Positions 25,626 to 36,156 of a DNA stretch of 49,422 bases are shown piece after piece. Under the pieces are notes generated by a model. That model was not told where the DNA came from, made no database searches, and worked only from the letters and a program-made list of their open reading frames with translations. Source of the stretch: Octopus bimaculoides (lineage: Eukaryota); assembly GCF_001194135.2 (NCBI RefSeq), contig NC_068984.1, positions 42,550,240-42,599,661 on the forward strand. The letters run 5' to 3'. The translations under genes and the position numbers were made by a program. The first letter of the stretch is position 1. Every line of letters starts with the position of its first letter.

Positions 25626-26307
25626 CATGCATTTATTTATGCTTTTAGAAATATATTTATCTAGATATACCGACAGTTTCACAATTTATGCATTTAGTAC
25701 ATTAGAACTTTCGAAGTGGCACTGTAGATAAGTAGGAAGCTTGCGGAAAGCTCTCTTTTTTTTTTCTGAGGTAGAGGAATAACCTTTTCACATTTCTCCT
25801 CTGTTTTCCTTTATAATATAGGTCGTAGGTATGTTACCGAAGTGAAACTGTTTTTCATCCGCATGCGTCACTGAGTAAAATGAGTGTATAAATAATTCTA
25901 TTTTTATACACCATCCAACATGTCATATTGTACATATGCTCAAAGATTCATTCACCGCTATATTCTCAGTTACAATGACGCTACGCTTCCCTGATGAAGT
26001 CATGAATCAAAGCAAAACACGTCCTAGTTGCTCTCGCTATTTATGTTATAATTGCAATAATATTAGTTATTGTCTAATGCGTTTAATATTGGGTTTTTTC
26101 ATGAATTCATATCTAGTTTTAGTTATTTTTTATATATTCTCTGTAAAGTTAATGAGTACTAAATCACTGTTTGTTTATAACACTTGTCTATCTGAAGTTG
26201 TTTGTTACATCTGAAAATGTAATATCTGAATATGAACTAAGACTAAAGAATTGTATTATATTACTTTGAGATTATCTAAAACAGCAGCTGATTGAGCTTC
26301 TACACAA

Positions 26308-26525
26308 AATCCTTTTCTACTCTAGGCACAAGTCCCGAAATTTTGTGGGAGGGAGCCAGTCGATTAGATCGAACCCAGTACGCAACTGGTACTTAATTCA
26401 TCGACCCCGAAAAGATGAACTGTAAAGCCGGCTTTCGCGGAATTTGAACTTAAAACGTAAAGACAGACGAAATACCGCTAAGCATCTCGCCTGGCGTGCC
26501 AATGTTTCTGCCAGCTCGCACCTTA
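26308..26525 (-). mobile_element. SINE family A, full length
   Basis: Reverse complement reads GCGAGCTGGCAGAAAC..GAGATGCTTAGCGGTATTTCGTCTGTCTTTACG..AAGTACCAGTTGCGTACTGGG..CTTGTGCCTAGAGTAGAAAAG. Confidence 0.85.
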
Positions 26526-27247
26526 CACAAAATCCAACTATTGCACATGTTTATATACAGGAACTGTTGAACATTTGTAAAGGACCTCTGATATAACTTC
26601 TGAACTTTGGAAACAGACTTGTTCGGTTTTTCCCTTTTAGTAAACTTCATATTGAGAAACTGTTGTCTATACGGCTCAAAAAGCTTCTTACTTATACCTA
26701 AATTATACTTCAATTTTATGTATAAAGCTCATGAGTATTTTTCGATAAAGGAGTCCAGATAGATGAGCTAAGAGTAAACTAAACCGAGTCACTGCTACAA
26801 ATGATTTCTTTAGAAACCTGCGCCTTTAATTCTCACGCGATTGCGTAAGCAATATTCTTCGATTGTAAACTCATTTTGATTAAGCGTTTTATTCATTTCT
26901 CATGTTTGCTTTGCAATCAATTGTTTCTAGTCAGCTTCTATACACGGTCAATTACATACACACACCAACTTACGAAAGACGAAGAAAATGTCACTCAGAT
27001 GACTATAGAGAGAAGCATTGACAAGCATCAACGTGGGCAAAACGCGTTTGTCGTTCTCGCGCTTGGCCCCAGCGTATATTGTGTTTCTAGCGCAGCAAGT
27101 CTTTGATGAGATTTTATCGCAAACAATTTCACAGCTTCATGCCTTTTACAAGTGTGTGTACATTTAGTATGATACACAGGTGGTGATATATGTTTATTAG
27201 ATGCATATATGTGTGTGTGCTCGCTCGCGCGCGCGTATGTGTGTATC

Positions 27248-27294
<47 letters not shown>

Positions 27295-28050
27295 NNNNNN
27301 NNNNNNNNNNNNNNNNNNNNNNNNNNNNNNNNNNNNNNNNNNNNNNNNNNNNNNNNNNNNNNNNNNNNNNNNNNNNNNNNNNNNNNNNNNNNNNNNNNNN
27401 NNNNNNNNNNNNNNNNNNNNNNNNNNNNNNNNNNNNNNNNNNNNNNNNNNNNNNNNNNNNNNNNNNNNNNNNNNNNNNNNNNNNNNNNNNNNNNNNNNNN
27501 NNNNNNNNNNNNNNNNNNNNNNNNNNNNNNNNNNNNNNNNNNNNNNNNNNNNNNNNNNNNNNNNNNNNNNNNNNNNNNNNNNNNNNNNNNNNNNNNNNNN
27601 NNNNNNNNNNNNNNNNNNNNNNNNNNNNNNNNNNNNNNNNNNNNNNNNNNNNNNNNNNNNNNNNNNNNNNNNNNNNNNNNNNNNNNNNNNNNNNNNNNNN
27701 NNNNNNNNNNNNNNNNNNNNNNNNNNNNNNNNNNNNNNNNNNNNNNNNNNNNNNNNNNNNNNNNNNNNNNNNNNNNNNNNNNNNNNNNNNNNNNNNNNNN
27801 NNNNNNNNNNNNNNNNNNNNNNNNNNNNNNNNNNNNNNNNNNNNNNNNNNNNNNNNNNNNNNNNNNNNNNNNNNNNNNNNNNNNNNNNNNNNNNNNNNNN
27901 NNNNNNNNNNNNNNNNNNNNNNNNNNNNNNNNNNNNNNNNNNNNNNNNNNNNNNNNNNNNNNNNNNNNNNNNNNNNNNNNNNNNNNNNNNNNNNNNNNNN
28001 NNNNNNNNNNNNNNNNNNNNNNNNNNNNNNNNNNNNNNNNNNNNNNNNNN

Positions 28051-28357
28051 NGAGGCTGCTGCAGTATCTCGTTCTTATGTGAGATGCAGTGGACGGTACC
28101 TTTGGCACCATGCAGTGGCGACCCGTGCGGGCATTCCTGTAGTACTTGATACCAAAGTTTGGCACCAGTCCTTCTAGTATTTTCCATATGTATATTATTA
28201 CATATCTCTCCCGCCTGCGCTCCAGGGAGTAGAGACCTAGTGCCTTCAGTCGCTCCCTGTAGTTCATCTGTTGGACTGTGGCGATCTTTTTTGTATAGTG
28301 CCGCTGAATTGCCTCGAGTTCTGCTGTCCGCTTAACACTGTGTGGTGACCACAACTG
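28051..28357 (-). mobile_element. CR1/L2-type LINE ORF2 C-terminal fragment (frame intact, runs into assembly gap)
   Basis: CSQLWSPHSVKRTAELEAIQRHYTKKI..NYRERLKALGLYSLERRRERYVIIYIWKILEGLVPN is the typical post-RT region of CR1/L2-group LINEs. Confidence 0.9.
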
Positions 28358-29475
28358 AGAGCAATATGTGCATGTGTATGTGTGTGTATGTGTATACATG
28401 CACACACGTGCACACACAGCTAGATAGACGGACGGACAGACAGACAGACAGATAGATAGAGAGATTGTTAAATAGGTACACACATATATATATACAGGGT
28501 CTTACCTACACCCACAAATTTGCACGTATGCATAGGTTGTGAAGCTTTGCATGCACTAAGAAGGTTAAATCTACAATCATTGACATCTAAAGAGACATAT
28601 GTATGCAAGCACACGTCTACTAAACGAAAACAAAACGTATACACACACAAAAAAAAAACAACAGAAAAGCAAAACAAATGCAAATAGACACATAAAACCC
28701 CTTTAAATACACAGGTACATGAATAAACATTAATCCACACATAAATATACATACTCGTATAGACAGACACAGAAGCCGACACTAAGCATGTCCATACAAA
28801 TAAGCAAACGTCGCCATATAAACATAGATATTTAAACTCAAACAGAGACCATAGACAAACATACACATACTAAAAGCATACGCGCATATAATCCATCATA
28901 TACTCATACATACACTAATGTTACACCTCTATACACGCACAGACAGACTGATAGTGGGCACAGTGGGGCAGAAGATGAGAAAAATTAGCGGTGAGTTTGG
29001 TACAGAAACGGTGAATCAGTGATGATGTTGGCGTGTTGTCTCGGGTCAGTCATTATTCACTCATTTCTACCAAAGATCTAGGCCATTCTCTTACCTTATG
29101 CGATTCGAAGCATTCCCTGTCCTACCCGTCAGCACAAGCCCTATTGCTACCACCACCACCACCACCACCACCACCACCATCCTCATCCTCATCCTCNNNN
29201 NNNNNNNNNNNNNNNNNNNNNNNNNNNNNNNNNNNNNNNNNNNNNNNNNNNNNNNNNNNNNNNNNNNNNNNNNNNNNNNNNNNNNNNNNNNNNNNNNNNN
29301 NNNNNNNNNNNNNNNNNNNNNNNNNNNNNNNNNNNNNNNNNNNNNNNNNNNNNNNNNNNNNNNNNNNNNNNNNNNNCTGGCTTCTTATCCGCCTCGACAT
29401 CATTATCGTTTTACTCCCACCTCATTCTACAGCACATTATCACTTGTTATTACCAACATCAACAACTATCACGGG

Positions 29476-29557
<82 letters not shown>

Positions 29558-32212
29558 GTTGCTGCAGTTGCTGTTATTACTACTGTTACAATTAATAATC
29601 ACTACAACGAACAATACACTAATACTGCAGCCTCAGCCCTCACTCACAGCATCATCAACTCCACCGCCTCTGACATAAACGCACCTATTTTCTTACCAAC
29701 ACCATCACTATCAACATCACTATTATTCTCATCAACCATGTACCATCACCATCGTGGTAAAAAATAGCCGCTAAATGTTCCTGAAATCATACGGTAGCCT
29801 CTCAAAAACAAGAGCATATTATTGCAAACATGCAATAGATAAACAGAAAGATGAGATAGTCATGAGTGGAACGTCTTTGAATCATAGATCTATAGGATTT
29901 AAGACTAGACAACAACGACAAGAAAACATGTCGTTACCATCACCTCTACTACTTAACTCTACCACATCTCCGCCACCAACCATTTTCATGATCATCAAAA
30001 TTCATATAAGATCCTACTTCCACGCAAAGAACCCTCAAATTTCTACTACCAACAACACTACGCCGTTATTTCAACCGAACCAGCACTAGCTCCACCTACA
30101 CCATCATCTCACCCTTACCATTCCAGCTTCACCATTCCCACCATCTTCAATCACCACCAACAGTGTTACAAACTCTGCCCTCATCTACCTCATTCCCCAC
30201 CCAAATTACCACCCACTCTCCTGCTCCTTCATTTCCCCTGCGTTTACTTACTACCTCAATTACCTCTACAAGTGACACTACTCCTACCTCCACTACCTAT
30301 CACCGCAATCACCGCTGCTGCTAACCCACCCTTTCTCTTCATTTTCTTTTCCGTTTTTGTTGTTAGTCTTGAACAACTGAAATTAGACATAAAATGACCT
30401 CCCTTCCCACTCGACCGTCCCTTCTGTATTTCAGAATGTTTGTGAAGTGGTGTGTTTGTAGGTGTGCGTCTCTGTGACGCATTCGTTACATCGTCACAAA
30501 CTCACCAAACAACCTTCATCTTGTCTCTTAAATATGTAAATGTGTGGACGTGCTGTGTACACGTACCGTGCGTATATTTGCGTGTGTTTGTGTATAAGAG
30601 AGAGAGAGAGAGAGAGTGGGGAGAGAGAATAGGAAGGTATGTGTGGGGCCGCAACACTTCCTTCAACTGTTTTAAAAGGGATCAGTATTTGAGATGTTTT
30701 GTCTAACATACTCTAACATATTCTTTTCTGAGTGCAAGTAAAGCGTCAGCAACTTTACCGCTTTCAGTATCTCTCTCCCACTGTTATATATATATATATA
30801 TNNNNNNNNNNNNNNNNNNNNNNNNNNNNNNNNNNNNNNNNNNNNNNNNNNNNNNNNNNNNNNNNNNNNNNNNNNNNNNNNTATATATATACACCTTGAT
30901 ACCTCTGTATCATCTATAATATGTACAGAATATACGTATATTTTATTTCGTATGTGTATATTTTATTACCGGCATAATGCCTCTCCCAAGGTTTAATTGT
31001 ATACGTATATTTTATTTTGATATTAAGAGATTCTACGGCGAGCCTGTTTGTTTCACGGATTCGGATGATATTATCTATAGGAATGAGAGGGATCTATTAC
31101 ACCGATTGTGTGCTGCCTAATATTTAGATAACGGTCTTTATTAGAATATATTAGATGAATAGTAATATTCTATGTATTAACCTCATACTGTCTTTATTTT
31201 CATGTAGTATTTAGGCAATTCATCGAGGTAGTACCCAGCTATCTCTGAAAGTTAACCATAGAATCATTATAATTCAGACAACAAAAGGCTCAAACACTAA
31301 TTTACGAAACATAGTAGTGAGAAGTGAGTGAAATATAACTATATCATTTGAAAGTAAAGGGTCTTAGATATGATCAGAAAACAGATCATATCATTCTATA
31401 CAAATGGTAGTTCAGCCACTAATCTCTGTAATCGCATGAAAGTAAAGTCAGCAATGGAATTTCAACGAGGTTTCGCGATAAACTAGAAATAACAGTCAAG
31501 TTTAACTCCCTTCTCACCTTACCAATCCTTCATACAGTATTTGAAAAATAGCTGAGATAGTCACGATTAGTATGTCTTTTATCATGGGTCTACTCAGCAG
31601 TAAGAATCCCAAGCACCATTTATCATTATCGTATATTCTCTATAAATGGGTATTCAATGAAAGCTTAGTAGTGACCTCATGAGCAATAGCGCTAACTTCC
31701 ATTTACAAACAATAAATTTACGGTTATTCGTGCCAACGTCCATTGTCTTGGCCTATAAATTACCAAAGGATTTCCAACTATGAAAATACTGCTTTTTTCA
31801 AAAAAAAAAAAAAAAGAAAAAACAACTAATTATTTGATATGATAAATCAAGATTATCAACTATAACCGTTCTTCTTTCAGTCAGTGGAAGTGCAATTTGA
31901 GAAATATTTAGCAACTATTTCTAGCAGATCGAGCAACTACATATGACCCTCCGAAAAGTATTTTCTAGATATATGTAGATAATCATAACACAACTTTTCG
32001 TTGGACACAATATGGTCGAAACGACAGTTTATGGAATAATTTTACATACAGAAACCAATTGGATATAAAATAAAACTACAATTTTCATCCCCCAATCCCG
32101 CAAAAAAGCAACCGGAGAACTTTAAAAATGACTACTTGTGTGGTTTCGAAAGTTATATGCTTTAGGTCCATTATCAACAACATAACAATCAGTTACAATA
32201 TTCTTTAGCTGT

Positions 32213-32416
32213 AAGGCGGTGAGCTGGCAGAATCGTTAGCACGCCGGGAATAATGGTTACAGGCGTATTTACATTCAAATTTCACCAAGATCGATTTTGC
32301 CCTTTATTCTTTTGGGCCCGATAACATAAGTACCATCTGAGAACTGGGTTATATGTAATCGACTTATCCCCACCCCCGAAATTGCTGGCCTTGCGCCAAA
32401 ATTTGAAACCAATATT
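32213..32416 (+). mobile_element. SINE family A
   Basis: AAGGCGGTGAGCTGGCAGAATCGTTAGCACGCCGGG...GCGCCAAAATTTGAAACCAAT. Confidence 0.85.
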
Positions 32417-33096
32417 CTTTAATTATGTTAAAGTGTTCACTGCATCATAATGTCTTGTCCTTAGTAAATAATCGATACCAACAACTTGATTAATATTTGA
32501 ACTGAAGATTCTATGTCCACAAAGTTATATCAAAGCAACAGTCAAAAATAACATAACTAATGGGAAAAATAATATGGTACTATAAGAAAACATGTGAACT
32601 CTAGGTGAAAATTGTAGCAGAATGCTAGAAAGCAAGAAGAGAGTGAAAATAGATTCATCTGGTTTGATAGGAATGAAAATAACATGAAGTCAAAAAGGTT
32701 AATTTCACTAAAACATAAAATTCCTCTGGTCGAGCAGACTTATTGATCAAACCATTTTAACCACGAACATGTCATCTTTCAGGCATATCATCTTTTAGAC
32801 ATACTGTACCCTGAAGTGTATTATCTTATGTGTCAAAAGGCAGTTAAGTGTAATTTGAGGAAAATGTGGATGTTATTTCTAGCAGATCGAGTCGCATAGT
32901 GACTCTTACATTAGCTCGGGAATAGTGATAGAAAGTGGTGTTGACGGTGGTACGAGAGGTAGTGATAGAGTAGTGATAGTGGTTAAAGTAGCTGTTTTTC
33001 TTTTGAAGGAAAAACGGCGTCAAATGAATCAGCCTGCCTCCACAATAAGTACCACCTGAGCACTGGGTTATACGTAATCGACTTATCCCCACCTCG

Positions 33097-33295
33097 TTTG
33101 AGTCATTTGACTGCGGCCACCCTGGAGCACCACCTTTAGTCGAGCAAATATCGACCCCCAGGACTTATTCTTTCTAGTACTTATTCTATAGGTCTCTTTT
33201 GCAGCCGAACCACTAAGTTACGGGGACGTAAACGAACCAGCATCGGTTGTCAAGCGATGTTGGGGGTGGGTGACAAACACAAACACACAGACACC
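33097..33295 (-). mobile_element. SINE family B 3' half
   Basis: TTGACTGCGGCCACCCTGGAGCACC..GTCAAGCGATGTTGGGGG..GACAAACAC. Confidence 0.8.
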
Positions 33296-33416
33296 TGGAC
33301 CTTGAAAATATCAAAATATCATAGATCTATTGCTGTTCGTTGGGTCGCTCTTCGAATTTTTCTATCCAAAAGGCTTTTTTAAAACCAATATTTTACACGC
33401 TATGTGTGTGTGTGTA

Positions 33417-33448
<32 letters not shown>

Positions 33449-34197
33449 TGTGTGTGTGACTTCATTTGGTTCGAGTTAAACTATTCAAAACAGATCTATT
33501 GTTTTTGTTACTACAGTTATGTAACCTGCTCGAAGCAGATCTTGGATCAACGATGATGAGCAGATTTATGATAATAGACCCCACCCCAACTTTGATTATT
33601 CCATTATTATCATATGTACATTAAACTAAGGACAATATTTTAAAGACAATAGTCTACAATTTGGCTTCCATTTTAACCTAGTTAACTCTGATACTTTCTG
33701 GTTTCTTAAATGGTGAGATGTTATTTAATGGATATTTGACTGTTAATTGTTATAAGCCTGAGCGATCACGTAGATGTTGCCATCTTCATTCGTTATTAGT
33801 TGTATATATTCCCCTACTCACTTCAGAACCAAGTATCTTCAAGCGTTTTATTGTTGACCTACATGTTAACCTTTACATGCAGACTATCTATACGTATGTC
33901 TGAATCCATTTTTTTTTTTTTTTTTTTGCTAATGGAACTTTTCCGTTGATGGAATTTGGAAAGCAATTTGGATGCTAGAATTGTTATATGAAGCATTTAC
34001 TAATAAAACCAAATGCATCAATGATTATTTGTATAAATATGAATTTATAGTCAGGTTACAAGAGTTGTAGGTTTCGAAATAGTTGTCTAAAAATATTCTG
34101 CCTTTCGCTGATTTGGGGAGAGATTTTCAAATCTGCAGGGCAGTTATCTTGTACGATAAAACATGATTTTTACTTGTACATATATATATATATATAT

Positions 34198-34389
34198 GAT
34201 TGACCGTTGACTGGACACTATTCAATTTTTTTTCTCCGTGTTTTTCTCCTTGTCTCCGTATTCTTTCTGTTGAAGAGCGTAGCTCGAAACGTCAAAGACT
34301 TTCCGTATTCCCGAGCGTCATACTAATACATCCTTTTGTTATTTACACCACCTGTCCTCGTCTGTTGTTGTTTTTTCGTACATTCTCCC

Positions 34390-34390
<1 letters not shown>
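34198..34390 (+). mobile_element. Penelope-like element terminal repeat (pLTR) fragment in a (TA)n tract
   Basis: ~190-bp pyrimidine-rich unit carrying the hammerhead motif, flanked on both sides by (TA)n. Hammerheads of this minimal form are characteristic of Penelope-like elements. No ORF is present. Confidence 0.5.
34262..34298 (+). ncRNA. minimal type I hammerhead ribozyme motif (variant core CUGUUGA)
   Basis: TCTTT-CTGTTGA-A-GAGC-GTA-GCTC-GAAAC-GT-C|AAAGA: stem I TCTTT/AAAGA, stem II GAGC/GCTC, GAAA, palindromic stem III ACGT, predicted cleavage after C34293. Confidence 0.6.
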
Positions 34391-34449
<59 letters not shown>

Positions 34450-34450
34450 C

Positions 34451-34864
34451 TTTTATTTGTTTTAGTCATTTGACTGCGGCCATGCTGGAGCACCACCTTT
34501 AGTCGAGCAAATATTCGACCCCAGGACTTATTCTTTCTAGTACTTATCTTATAGGTCTCTTTTGCAGCCGAACCACAAAGTTACGGGGATGTAAACGAAC
34601 CAGCATCGGTTGTCAAACGAAGTTGGGGGTGGGTGACAAACACAGACACACAAACATATACACACACATTCATTCATATATACATACATACATACATACA
34701 TACATACATGCATACATATATATATATGTACGACGGGCTTCTTTCAGTTTCCGTCAACCAAATCCACTTACAAGGCTTTGGTCGGCCCGAAGCTATAGTA
34801 GAGGACACTTGTCCAAGATGTCACGCAGTGGGACTGAAGCCGGAACCATGTGGTTGGGAAGTAA

Positions 34865-34865
<1 letters not shown>
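34451..34865 (-). mobile_element. SINE family B (tRNA head + CORE-like segment + internal microsatellite + tail), near full length
   Basis: Minus strand: CCAACCACATGGTTCCGGCTTCAGTCCCACTGCGTGACATCTTGGACAAGTGTCC (B-box and CORE-like), then (TATG)n/(TG)n, then a tail ending GGTGCTCCAGCATGGCCGCAGTCAAATGACT. Confidence 0.8.
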
Positions 34866-34914
<49 letters not shown>

Positions 34915-34964
34915 GTATGTATGTGTGTGTGTGTGTGTGTGTGTATGTATATTTATGTATGTGT

Positions 34965-35190
34965 ATCTTTGTGTCTGTGTTTGTCCCCCCACCATCGTTT
35001 GACAACCAGCCATGGTGTGCTTACGTCTCCGTAACTTAGTGGTTCGGCAGCAAAAGTGACCTATAGAATAAGTACCAGGCTTACAAAGAATAAGTCGTGG
35101 GGTCGATTTCTTCAACTCAAAACCCTTTCAGGCGGTGTTCCAGCATGGCCGCAATCAAATGACTGAAAAATGTAAAAGAATAAAAGAATA
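34965..35190 (+). mobile_element. SINE family B 3' half
   Basis: GTGTTTGTCCCCCCACCATCGTTTGACAACC..CCAGCATGGCCGCAATCAAATGACTGAAA, inverted relative to 34451-34650. Confidence 0.8.
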
Positions 35191-35238
35191 TACGTGTATG
35201 CACATACGTATATATGCATGTTCCGTCAACCAAATCCA

Positions 35239-35272
<34 letters not shown>

Positions 35273-35741
35273 TATTCTCGCTCATTTTTGAAATTATTTC
35301 ATTCGGCTTTTGTATCGTTCTGCTCGTCTTTATGGTTGTCGATCGTTTTCTTTCTTCCTTCCTTTTAATCTCACTCTTTGTTTTTTTTTTGTTTTTTTAT
35401 TTTACGTCCTGTATTCATTTTCCATTACCATCTTTGCATCCATCAAGCAGCCAGCATGTTAGTCAGTCTGTATGTTCGAGTTTTCAGCCTGTCTCCCTGA
35501 CTGTCCGTCTGTTAGTTTGTATGTCCGTTTGTCTGTTTGTCAGTAAGTCTGTTCAGTCATTCAGTTGTTCAGAAAATTTTTTTCCGTTTCTAAAAGTATA
35601 CAACAGCCTAATTGAAAGAGTTTCTAATGTCTGTCATCCTGTTCTCATCAAGAAGCCGAGTTGCTTAATTAATTAAATTCTTATCTCACCACTCCGCATG
35701 AATTTCCTTTCATATTCCATCCCAGCCGCTTCAAAAAGGAA

Positions 35742-35822
35742 GGAAATGATCATCTCGACACCATCATTCCCTCGTACTATGCTGAGCAAGAGGGAACGGC
35801 GGAGTCGAGAAGATCATTCTCC
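35742..35822 (-). ncRNA. candidate pre-miRNA-like hairpin (strand uncertain; minus folds slightly better)
   Basis: Arms 35745-35773 (AATGATCATCTCGACACCATCATTCCCTC) and 35790-35818 (GAGGGAACGGCGGAGTCGAGAAGATCATT) pair without bulges. Minus strand: 24 WC + 2 GU + 3 single mismatches, plus an inner extension closing a ~6-nt loop. It lies in non-repetitive sequence. No match to conserved miRNAs I can recall. Confidence 0.5.
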
Positions 35823-35989
35823 CTCTCTTCCACTGTCTGTCTACATGCACATACACATACACACACCTCAACTCCTTCATGGGGTTTTAGGGATACCCTG
35901 TCATAGCTTCATAACATGTGGTGAGACATTTTTAGACCTGGCGGAAACCGAAGAGAGGTAGACAGAAAAAAAAAGTAAGGAAATGAAAT

Positions 35990-36118
35990 GAATAGAACCC
36001 ACAAGAGGAGTTATCGATCCTCCAGTGGATTTGAATACTGGACGTTGCGGACCGGAACGATTACTGCGAAGCAGTCTGTCCGACGCTCTAATGGTTCCGA
36101 CAACTTGTGGCCGTATAA
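35990..36118 (-). mobile_element. old diverged SINE family A head
   Basis: Reverse complement CGGAACCATTAGAGCGTCGGACAGACTGCTTCGCAGTA..ATTCAAATCC..GAGGATCGAT aligns by eye to the family A head. Confidence 0.55.
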
Positions 36119-36120
36119 CG

Positions 36121-36156
<36 letters not shown>

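Noticed and set aside
25987-26030. CTGATGAAG..CAAAACACGTC hammerhead-like words
   Set aside because: No stem II or stem I pairing and GAAA is lost. At most an unrecognisable Penelope relic.
29380-30320. Thr/Ser/Pro/His-rich ORFs
   Set aside because: C/A-skewed decayed trinucleotide sequence lacks stop codons on this strand for compositional reasons.
35998-36112. Multi-branched RNA-like fold closed by CCACAAG/CTTGTGG
   Set aside because: Explained as a diverged tRNA-derived SINE head on the minus strand.
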